Positions 9,905-19,906 of a DNA stretch of 25,648 nt are shown here, one piece after another. A program made the translations under genes and the position numbers. The stretch lies in contig NC_057758.1 of assembly GCF_004010195.1 (NCBI RefSeq), positions 5,694,998 through 5,720,645 on the forward strand, given 5' to 3'. Under the pieces are notes generated by a model that was given only the letters and a program-made list of their open reading frames with translations, was not told the DNA's origin and ran no database searches. This DNA is from Chiloscyllium plagiosum. Its lineage: Eukaryota. Numbering within the stretch: the stretch's first letter is position 1; each line of letters begins with the position of its first letter.

Positions 9905-12900
9905 ATCGATATGAAGTTGAAGGTGGGTACTGTGGCTTTTAGAAAGTGAATGGTGTTTTGTACTGAGAGCTTACAAGCACTTGTCATGCGATTGACTTCC
10001 AGTCCCAGATTGTACTGGAAAATTGAAAATATGTAACATTTGGCTGTGAAACAAACACCTGATTTGGTTGCTATTTTGACAACAGTACACATTTAACCAA
10101 TCAGGTTAAACTATGCACCCGGATAGTAAAACTCAATCGAGTTTGCGTTTATTGTTTTGCCAGCATTGAAGCAATACGACGATCCAGTTTTGCGGGATCA
10201 AAAAAAGATAAGCAGTTTGAAAGTCAGACAGAGCAACTGCCATATGAAATACTCGTTATCAAAGGTATCTTTCCACATGAAACGTACTCACAGTAAAAGA
10301 CAGAAGTCGACCCAGGGAGAACGTCTTACCAAAGGAAGAAAGACAGCAAAGACCACCCTCTGTATGGCTCTGCAATAAATTGCTGTTAGTTTTTGTCAGT
10401 GTTTTATTGGAACAGTATATTATTATAGGTTTGTAAGCAGATAACAAGCAGGTGAGGGTTGATGGGTGTGATTAGAGTTGTGCATAGTTGTGTTCCTGTT
10501 CACATTTAGAGTAAAAGTATACATTCTTTTTTCATGGTGGAATTTGGGATTTCTATGCCACTCAAAGTTTAAAAGATTACGAGGGGAAGTGAGTATCTCT
10601 GGGCGGTTGGTTCATTTAACAAAAGTGTTCACCCATAACAGTTTGGGGGCTTGGGTCCGTGGCTTGGGCAGGTGTTGACAGATATAGTCTGAGGTTTGGA
10701 CAGATTTAAACATATTGGGAAACGCATAATGCCAGCAGATTTAAAGAATTGACGATTAGTGTCCTAGATCTTTAAATAAAACGTAGGTGAATTATTTATT
10801 TAATCTCGGTTACTTGCGATTAGTTAAGTGAAAAGTAAACGAAAAATGGGTCCGAAGGTCAGCGAGTTTTGAGATGATTTGTACGTCAGGTTGAAGTTTC
10901 GGATAGAGTTTTGCTCGCTGAGCTGGACCGGTTCATGTTTAGATATTTTGTCAACGTCAACGTGAGCGACAAATCTTCTCAAACGTCGCTGACATCTGTG
11001 GGCGGAATATGCTAAAACTGGACCGAATATGAGAAACGAATGCCATCTGGCAGAGTGCCACCCGCGAACAGCTGTTATTGCTGCACAAATGCCTAAGATA
11101 ACAGGCAATACCTAAATGTCTTAAATACAAACATCCCCTTAACATTCCTGGACCTAAAAGAATAGCAGAGCAAAACTATCGCAGAATGCTTAGAGAAAGG
11201 AGTAATGATCCTCACAACAGATTCCATAAATACAACGGCGAAAATTTGCACCAAAAACTTTACTCACTCGTGCAAAAATCATGAATGGACAGACACAGTG
11301 CAAAAAGCCATTGATATTATATAGCGACAAACACAGACAACGAAATTAAAAGACCGGCAAAGAAAAATTGGACAGACTTTCACAAAAGGAACAACACTGA
11401 CAACATGGAAGCATGGATAAACAAATTCTCTGACCGACCCTTAACAAGCACTGATAAGGCCGTCTTAGTAAGAGAATAAAATTACAACTTCCAGGATTCG
11501 GACAAGAAAGATTTATTTGCCGCATTAGAAACAACACTGAAAGGCAACCAACACACAGGAGAAACCCAGCAAATTATCAGACAGATAGTCAGACCAACAT
11601 TAAGAGGACAAAAAAGCAAGGTAACACCCTCAATACGTAAAAAAAAAAAAACTAGATCGACTAAAAAATGTAAAAATATTGTTATTCAATGTGCGATATT
11701 ATCCGATGTGCACACTACTTGCAGATACCAACACTAACCAACAAGTGTCGATAGAACGACCCCACAATTAGCGAACCGAATCACAGCCCTACTCAAAAAA
11801 TCTTTAGAAATCTGGAGAAATAAGTATGACCGACATCAAAAAAATGAAACCAAAGGATCCAGCACGACATGCTTCGATGGATTACTCATAATTCACAAAC
11901 CAGGAGCCCCCATCACACCTGGAATACCAATTTACAGAATAGTCAAGGAGCTACACCAAAGATTAAAACACTTAGCAGAATACTCACACCACTCCATCCA
12001 CTCTACCCAAGAATTCCTGAAGACAGTCAAAGACACGAAACTGGAAGAGGTTGAAATAATGGTCTGCTTTGATGTAATTGACCTGTTCACATCAATCAAC
12101 ATCAGCCTGGCCACGGAAACACTGCCGACATTATTAGAAGACCCGAAGACACACACACCAAACTCTACCGACTTCATCAGCAAAGACAGTATCGGCAAGC
12201 TAGTGGACCTATGCCTTACCACCGACTTTACCTTCAACAACAAAACCTACAGACAAACCAACGGAAACCCATGGGATATCCGCCATCAGAGTTCTCAGCA
12301 GGGACAGTGATGCAGAGTCGAACAAATTGCTCTGCCTGCCATCCAACTCAACCTTTGCATTCGCCAGTGGATGACACCTTTGCCATCACTAAACGACACA
12401 AATTAGAGGAAACCTTCAAGACCATCAATAATACCCTTACTGGCATAAAATGCACTAAAGAGTAGGAAAACAACACCAGACTGCCTTCTCTAGATATGCC
12501 AATAGAGCGAAAAGCCAATGGGGAACTTCAAACCACGTGTACAGGAAAACAACACATACAGAACAAATAATAAACTGCAGAAGCAACCACCTCAACATCC
12601 ATAAAGGAAGCTGCATCAGAACATTATTCCAAAGAGCCAATACACCCTGCCGCACAGAGAAACTACGCAGAGCAGAGGAAAATTGCCGAGACAGTCTATT
12701 CACAAAGAAGAGATACCCAATGAACACGGTACATAGACTTCTAGCAACAAACCCAAACAAGCAAACAAAATATGTCCCGAAACCGTCGACACGCTCCCCT
12801 ATAAGAAAGACGTGTCAGAAATGACTTCCAGACCACTCAGACGCCTTGGCGTCATGGTAGCCCAAAAACCCACCAACACTTGAACAGCAGCTAATGAACT

Positions 12901-15900
12901 TGAAAGACCCTATACAGACAACAAGCAAAACTAACATCCGTTCCAAAATTCAGAGAAACAACTGTAACAAACACTACATTGTGCAAACGCTGAGAAAACT
13001 GGCCACTCCGATACATGAACATCAACTCGCCAGAAAACGACATGACACTCTTCACTAATGTCTTCACACTTAGATGAGGAAGCACGCCACTTTGACTGGA
13101 ACAACTCATTCATCCTAAGACAAGCCAAGCAGAGACGCGCACGAAAATTACGACAGGCATGACATTTCAACCTAACCTCTATCAATAAACACATTGCTAT
13201 GGATCCTATTTACCACCCCCTGAGAAAAAGAACAGGAATAGACATCACTGTAGGAAACGACAGCACCACAGTAAATGACATCACCAACACAAAGAAACCC
13301 ATCACTTAAATAAAATGCAGGAATCTTCAGCAATATTTTGTCCGGAGACACCCTGAAGATGTTACCTCGTATGGTGACAAAGGATCGGAACATGGCATAG
13401 CGAGCAAGCCTACATCCGGGTTTCAGCATTGCCGAAGGCATCCTCAGGTTTGAAGATGATCCCTGAGTTTGCCAAGGCAGAAGGCGGCCATACTTATGGA
13501 TTTGGAAAATAGATTAGAATTGAGTCTAACTAGATTCAAAATGAAAGCTGAATACGTAATTGAATTAGTCAAGCACTTACGTGTATCAGGGAAACAGGCA
13601 AGTGCAGTTGTTTTAGAAATGTTTAAGATGCAACTGAGGCAAATGGACTGAGAAGATAAAGAAACAGAGAGAGAGAGATGGGGAAAGATACGAGGGAGAG
13701 AAACATAGAGAAGAGAAAGAGAGAATTGGAGAGGAGAAACAAAGAGAGAAGATTCTTAGCTGTGCAAACAGAGCGAGAGAAGGAAGAGAGAGAATGAGAG
13801 AGAGAATTTGCACTTCAGAAGTTGGAAATTGTCAGGAAAGAGAAGTTACCAGAATGGAGTTGATCAGAGAAGGTAGCGATCTCTAAAAATATCTTTAAAT
13901 TGCCACATTGTGATGAGAATGATGTCAAAACCTTTCTTTCGTTTGAAAACGTGACTCAGCAGATGAAGTGGTCAGACGACATGAGGGTAATGATTATTCA
14001 GGCTAAGCTGGTCGGCAAAGCTAGTGAAGTATTTGCAGCGCTTTCAGATGAGGTGTCAAGTGTTTTTGCAGATGTCAAACAGGCTACTTTGAATTATTAT
14101 GAATTGATACCAGAAACCAAGAGAAAGTGGTTCAGAAACATAAAGGAGGAACCAGGTTAGACTTACACTGAGTTCGCAAGAATTAAAAAAAAGTTTTCAT
14201 AGATAGATGCAGATCTTAAAACTAGATAAGAGTTTTGAGGATCTAAGAGAGATGATTCTTCACGAATTTTTTAAAAAAACCTCACTTCCAGAGGGGATAA
14301 GAATTCACGTGGATGAACAGAAACTTCAAGAAATGAGCAGAGCAGCAGTGATGATAGGTGAATATGCGTTGATACATAACGCAAATTTTAGATTTCGGGA
14401 AGAATTTCATCCTGTGAGGGATACAAATTGGGAGGACTGAAGATCCTCCACTACAAAATAAAAATTAGAACACATGGTAAAGAGTTTGCCGCAGAAGAGA
14501 AAAGAGGCCCATGTCGGTGAAAAGGAGTTGAAAGATAGAGGTGTTTCCACTATAATAATATGTGATGTGTAATGTTACAGTGCTTCACGTAAAATACATT
14601 CTCTTTGTGAAATGACGTGGTGAAGAGGCTTCTCCAATGGCAGTAGTGAAAGTAGTAAAGGAAATCCCAAGAGACATCGATTAGCTGTAGGAGAGTTCAC
14701 GGCATAGGCAGAAGCAGTATTTGAGGTAGTGCCTAATCACCATAAAGACTACAACTTCGGGATAAAGTTTGTTCAGAAAGAACAAGGATGAAGATAAATA
14801 AGATATAATTTTGAGAAATACAGGATATAATCAAGTTCAAATAGTAAGAGATGAACACATGCAATCTTTCTGACCTGTAAACTGAGAGAGTGGTCGTTTG
14901 TGGGATAGGTGTACAGTAATTTGGCGTTTCCCTAAGTAAGATCAGGTTGGAATGCCAACACAATTCTGGCGAATTACCAGTGGGAATCAGTGACAGAGTG
15001 TAATTTCTGGGAATGTAATTTGTTCTTGTAAACGATGTATGAGGATCAATGATGGGAGTGGCAGCCCTTACTGTGGTGAAGCCAAAGGTAGACCAGAGAA
15101 CTTAGGAGGTACAAGAAACAAACACTAGAAATCTGCCAGCCTGTGTATGAACAAAATCCAACAATGATAATTCTCTGGAGGAAGCAAAACCTGAACGGAA
15201 AGACGACAGGAGTTGAGCGTTAGTTCGCGGACACACTGCTTGAGGTAATACTGAAGGAAAAACCTGAACAGGCAGAGGATGAGGCAGAAGTGTTGAGGCC
15301 TTAAAACCTGTTGGATCTACATCAGAAAGAAAGCTGGGTGCTGTGTGTGTGCGCGCGCGTGTAAGCATCACAGGAAAAGATTCACATTGTATTCCTAAGG
15401 GGTTTTATATGACATAGAGAATCTTAAGACGAAATTGGAAACCACGGAATGTTAGCGGAGAGGGGGAAAACAATTCGAAATTAACCAGTCAGTATAATGT
15501 ATGGTCCAGAGTACTAATACCCAATCAAGTTTGGATTAATTATTTTGTCAATATCGAACCAAGATAACCATCTGGTGTTGAGAATATTAAAAAACAGACA
15601 GTTTGAAAGTCAGATAGTATAACTGCCATTTGAAACACACTCTATCAAAGGTACCTTTCCAAATGAAACACATTACATTAAGACGACCCAGGGAGATGTC
15701 AGCTGAAGGAAGAAAGACACCAAAGACGACAGCTGCTGTTTGGATTCCAATTAAGTTGACATAACTTTAATCAGTGTTTTATTGGATCAGTATAATATTA
15801 CAGAGTTCGAGACAAATAATAAGCAGTGAAGTGAGGGGGCAAGAGATGTGCATCGTTGTTGTTTAACAATCACTATTAGAGATAAACAATGTATTATTGT

Positions 15901-16022
15901 TATTCTCATTAAATGGTGCAATTTGGAAGTTCTCTGTCACTCATATTTAAAAAAAATACGAGTGGAGCTGAATTTTCTGGGTGTTTGTTTTAAGTAACAG
16001 AAGTGTTCAAGGTGTGTCATAA
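9905..16022 (+). mobile_element. Gypsy-type LTR retrotransposon with SCAN-like gag (Gmr1-like), internally deleted and decayed
   Basis: Diverged direct repeats at about 10090-10640 and 15478-16022. The 5' LTR ends CATAACA and is followed by TGGGGGCTTGGGTCCG, a degenerate tRNA-Pro primer-binding site. Gag remnants at 13460-14600 (FENVTQQMKWSDD..IIQAKLVGKASEVFAALS..VKQATLNYYELIPE; FEDLREMILHEFF) and protease-region remnants at about 14760-15150. No RT or integrase core seen. The left boundary is approximate. Confidence 0.85.
10860..13430 (+). mobile_element. Penelope-like retroelement (RT + GIY-YIG), near full length but frameshifted, inserted in the LTR element
   Basis: RT motifs MVCFDVIDLFTSI, FTFNNKTYRQTNG.PMG, VDDTF, YRKTTHTEQIINCRSNH, CIRTLFQRA. 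GIY-YIG remnant at about 12930-13200. Terminal repeat at 13340-13430 with an inverted copy at 10862-10960. Confidence 0.9.
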
Positions 16023-16185
16023 TTGAATACGAAACACTGAGATATATAGTTAGTTGAGCATTAAAGGGATTTAAATAAAGCAGGTGCAAGGAATTACATA
16101 CTTATCAGCCATGGTTGAATGCAGGAGCGACTCGATGTGCTAAATGGCATAAATTCTGCTCACACTTCTTATGGTCTTATGGTCT
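16023..16185 (+). mobile_element. CR1 LINE 3' tail, right part
   Basis: TATCAGCCATGGTTGAATG...GACTCGATG...AATTCTGCTC...CTTATGGTCTTATGGTCT is a CR1 3' UTR with its short terminal repeat; it continues the fragment ending at about 9903. Confidence 0.8.
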
Positions 16186-16324
16186 GGAAGGGAGAGAGAA
16201 CATCGGAGGATATGAAAGTATATTAACCTCGATGGTGCTGCATTTGCACAGGTGTCAGGACGTGAATGGCGTCTTCTCTTTCTCAGGAAATTGAAACCAG
16301 TCGTGCACGGTGAGATAAACTCAT

Positions 16325-16424
16325 GCCCCACAAGATCAACCAAGGGCACAACACCAACAGCAATTATAGTCTGTACCAACACTAGTGGCAGGCACACAAA
16401 CAGAAAAGGCAACATCTTCCTCAT
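16325..16424 (-). pseudogene. Beta-defensin paralogue B, exon 1 (signal peptide MRKMLPFLFVCLPLVLVQTIIAVGVVPLVDLVG); splice donor apparently decayed
   Basis: LVLVQTIIAVG aligns with LVLVEPITADG of the intact gene. Upstream is TAATAATAAGCTTCTG (16482-16467), resembling the intact promoter. The exon ends GGG C|ATGAGT, a phase-1 GTGAGT donor with a CpG-type G>A change. Confidence 0.7.
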
Positions 16425-17155
16425 TCATTCCTCTTCCCCTCACAGATACAGTGACCTTCTGGAGAACAGAAGCTTATTATTAATGGACAGAACACACTGG
16501 TTTATACTGACCTCAGTCTCATTAAGTTTCGCCCTACGTTGGAAGAGTTAAAGGGACAGTTTACACACCAAGAGCAGCAGTAACTGGGAGCAGGGCCTAC
16601 ATGTGAGCTCCCACTCTGTTCTTTAATAATATCACGCTCATAGCTGGGTTTCGTACAGGAATGATTCCGATCTCAGGCAGAATTGTGGCTTGATCCACTT
16701 CATTTTGTTTGTGTTCAATGTAAAATGACATTTTTCACTGATGCATCAGCACGCAGTGCTGCAACATTGGATTGAGCATTATCGTTCAAAGGTGTGTCGT
16801 GATTAATGCATTTAAATACAGAAGAACTTTCGCCATTCGGCGCAAAATGTCACTGTTAGTTCTTTGTGGTAGAGCAAAAAGAGCAAACACTGGAATGATC
16901 GGCGAAATATTTCCCTTTACTAAAATAAACAATACGTACATATCCAATGTGAAAGTTTGCTGTAAACCTTCAGCACGTCAATTAGTAAACAGTTAGGTTT
17001 CTCTGTTCACTGAGAAGTTACTAATTGACAGAAACGCTTAATCTTTGATTCCAGCTACATTTGGTATTCGTGAAATGACTTTATAATGAGCACAGCGTGG
17101 ATCCAATCTTCAATTTTGAATTGTGATTATTAACGACAGTGTAGTCACTCATCTG

Positions 17156-17176
17156 TTATAAAGAGCCTCGGCGTTC
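17156..17176 (+). promoter_or_regulatory. TATA box / core promoter of the intact beta-defensin gene
   Basis: TTATAAAGAGCCTCGGCGTTC, about 60 bp upstream of the ATG. Related motifs sit at similar distances upstream of the paralogous exon-1 copies. CCAAT at 17103. Confidence 0.7.
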
Positions 17177-17217
17177 AAATTACATTACCATGACTCTGAA
17201 AGACTGTATAGAGAAAG

Positions 17218-17308
17218 ATGAAATCACTGCTTTTGCTCCTCATCGTCCTGGTGCTTGTCGAACCCATCACTGCGGATGGAGAATCGAGACCAAGGTTCTT
17301 CCTTCTCG
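17218..17308 (+). CDS. Beta-defensin, coding exon 1 (signal peptide + short pro-segment: MKSLLLLLIVLVLVEPITADGESRPRFFLL[A])
   Basis: ATG at 17218 in AAGATG context, about 60 bp downstream of TATAAAG. The peptide is M-K, a hydrophobic core, then I-T-A, typical of a signal peptide. The exon ends CTC G|GTTAGT, a near-consensus phase-1 donor that joins exon 2 in frame (G+CT = Ala). Confidence 0.9.
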
Positions 17309-17912
17309 GTTAGTACATTTCTCTGAAAAATAATTGTAGTATCATCAATTCCTCAAGTGTTGGCTGATTTGTATTGTAATTTGAGTGTTTTTTAGTCTTC
17401 TTTCAATCAGCCCAGATTCTCATTCCTCCCTGCTCTGAAATGATGTTACAGTGTCATTTTGGATAATCTTCGAAGAACTGTTCGATTTAATGTGCTACTT
17501 ATTTACCCACAAAATCTATCCAACAAGAAGATGTCCTTAGCTGCATTGTTTACACGTTGAATAGAGAAACGTTTTCAAATGTCTGTTTGACCCACCCCTG
17601 ATCTCTGCACTGTCCTTCAGTATCGACAACATTTCTTGATACTCTTGCCACTTTAATTGTGAAACGCAAACTTATCTAATTCTGATGAATCCAAGAGATC
17701 AGACAGTATGTCAATATTTTTTTCAGATTTTGTTCAGTTTCCTGAGCATAGAGCTGTGGAATGTGCTCCACATAAATGCAATCAATTATCTCAAAGATTC
17801 CTTGAAATCAATCATGTTAGAATATTTCCTTTTTGAATAACGTACTCGTATATCTCCTTATGTGTTTTTTTCTTTCCATATGAAAGAAGACTTTACATAT
17901 GAAAGAAAACTA

Positions 17913-18545
17913 GTCGACATTTCCACGGTTATCTCATATGGGATCACCGTGGACAGTTCTAATCCTTATATCATTCAGTGTGACACTACTTCGAGCACTG
18001 TGCATAGTGATACCTACGATTTCCCTTGGCAACTTTATAACACTTTAAACCGTTATCGTCTCGTTATCCCTCAGTTACACGACACTGAAAGCACTGTGCA
18101 CAAAGATGGACGAGATTTCCCTTCGGTTAGTCACAGTGGAAGCAATGCGTACTTGTCTGGTCTCGACATTCCTTACTTCGTCCAAACTGCAAGCACTGTG
18201 CTCTGTCCTTGACGACATATCCCTTAGTTTGACTATACTTTATTCACCGAATATAGATATGGTCTCAATCTACCTTGGTAAGACCACACTGTACATAGTT
18301 CTCGACGCCACATCCCTCAGTTCGACGACAGTAGGAACACCACACCAATCCTAAGAGTACTTACTCACTGAGACCCATTGGCAAGATGCAGACAGTTCTC
18401 ATCTCTATCTCCCTTGATAAAACATCACTGGGAGCACTGGGCACTGTTCTCATCTTTACATCCCTTGGTAAGCCTACATTGGGTGTACTGTGCACAGTTC
18501 TGGCGTCCATCTCCTTGATTGGATCACACTGGCAGTGCAGATACA
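17913..18545 (+). repeat. About 51-bp CR1-derived minisatellite (~12 degenerate units) in the defensin intron
   Basis: Recurring ATCCCTTGGT...AGCACTGTGCACAGTTCT units; contains CACTGGGAGCACTG, also the core of the 8620-9470 array. Confidence 0.8.
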
Positions 18546-18638
18546 TTTATGCTCGTCATGTTTCCTGGTTTGATGACACACGGAGGACAAATTGTCCCTG
18601 CTGGAGACATCAGTTAAGTATATCTTTCTGTTTTACAG

Positions 18639-18757
18639 CTTCCATGAAATATTGTTTAGTCCAAGGAGGAATTTGCAGGCGTTCCCTTTGTCTTCCACAT
18701 GAAATTCCTTCCAGTGGGTTTTGTGAACATGGGGGGTTCTGCTGCCAGAGAAAATGA
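18639..18757 (+). CDS. Beta-defensin, coding exon 2 (mature six-cysteine domain: ASMKYCLVQGGICRRSLCLPHEIPSSGFCEHGGFCCQRK*)
   Basis: Acceptor TCTTTCTGTTTTACAG|CT. Cysteine spacing is C-X6-C-X4-C-X10-C-X5-CC, with G-G-X-C before Cys2, Glu four residues after Cys3, G-X-C before Cys4 and a basic C-terminus, matching the vertebrate beta-defensin signature. Spliced CDS is 91+119 = 210 nt = 69 aa + stop. Confidence 0.93.
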
Positions 18758-18888
18758 ACGCACAGTATATAAATCTGAAGTGAGGCCCGTCTGAGGCACC
18801 AACTGTTGCACACTGTTACTTCTATTGACCGACTGTGTTCCATTGTGTGGATCCAATGAATCTGACTTCCTGCTTTGTAAATCGTATC

Positions 18889-18894
18889 AATAAA
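18889..18894 (+). terminator. Polyadenylation signal (AATAAA) of the beta-defensin gene
   Basis: First AATAAA after the stop codon, about 130 nt downstream, followed by T/G-rich sequence. Confidence 0.65.
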
Positions 18895-19217
18895 ATTCGT
18901 TGCAATGTATTTGTACAAGCTCGAGTCTTTCATTCATTTGATCGGAGAGAGGGGAGGGCACAAAAACACTGGCAGAATCTTTCATAATTTGCAGTTCAAA
19001 CTGTGTCATCCTCATCTGTTGGTCTTGTCCTCCACAACGTAAAACAACGGGGATACACTGTTGGAGAAGATTCAGCACTCGATTCCATTCTGGCTTTGGG
19101 GTTTGAACCGCTATCACCGTGGAAGTTTCCGGTTCTCCAGTGACTAGTCGAATTGATCAAGGTTTGAAAGCAAACTTTTGCCTGCAGTTCGTGGTGAGAG
19201 AACCAGCAGAAAGGGAA

Positions 19218-19315
19218 ATAATGTCCTTGCTTTCCTTCTAACAAATCTTCCTGCCTCACACACATCTGTCCACATCGTCATTGTTAGAAATGAAGACCAC
19301 ACAATCCTGGCAAAG
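19218..19315 (+). pseudogene. Possible fourth, heavily decayed defensin exon 1
   Basis: ATA ATG TCC TTG CTT resembles ATG AAA TCA CTG CTT. It is preceded by about 50 bp by GAAAGCAAACTTTTGCCTGC, similar to the shared promoter motif. It has an early stop and a frameshift. Confidence 0.3.
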
Positions 19316-19672
19316 ATAAAATATTACCGCCACACTGAGGATACAGTTCTGTTATTGGGTATAGTCATTGTCCCAAATGTAGCAGATTCTGTGCAGATCT
19401 GGAATCTCCGATCTGGGCAGCCATGTGGCGCCAGTAGAATTAAATTTTATCATAATCTCTTAAAACACTGCCTAATATATGCTTAATCCCCTGCGATCGT
19501 CACCTGACAAACTTGCGCAATTCATCTCATCTTGGTCTTGTGAAGAGATCGCCAAGGAAATTCGGTGCATCTGAGCAATTCATCATGCACGTGGTACGCA
19601 TTGTTGGTCTGAATGTCCGTGGTGTGGGAGCAAATCTTTTTTGTAAGTGTCTCTGAAGCATTTACTCTATTT

Positions 19673-19906
19673 TCATAGAAAGCTTACAGTGTGGAAACAA
19701 TTAGACCCACCGAGCCCACACCAAAACACTGATCGGTATCCCTTCTCCAAACAATCCATTAGCCTACGAAGTACATTTTCCATGACTGATTCCCTTAACC
19801 GACATAACCCTAGAATGGATAGGCAATTCAGCATGGCCAATTCACCGAACTTGCTCATCTTTGAAGAAAACCAGAGCACCGGAATGAAACCACTTATATG
19901 TGGGAA
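19673..19906 (-). mobile_element. HE1-like V-SINE fragment
   Basis: CATAGAA..TACAGTGTGGAAAC and GGCAATTCAGCATGGCCAATTCACC..CATCTTTG..AAACCAGAGCACC match the reverse complement of the elasmobranch V-SINE central domain and tail, recalled from memory. Confidence 0.75.

Noticed and set aside
13645..13810. GA-rich tract as an independent microsatellite
   Set aside because: It lies within the decayed gag and corresponds to its E/R/K-rich coiled-coil segment.
16140..16424. 94-aa ORF as a complete secreted protein
   Set aside because: Only the first ~33 codons resemble the paralogous exon 1; the rest is read-through into intron and ends in a CR1 tail.
18386..18757. 123-aa ORF as a single-exon gene
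   Set aside because: Its first ~85 codons are intronic minisatellite and flank; only 18639-18757 follows a splice acceptor and carries the defensin motif.
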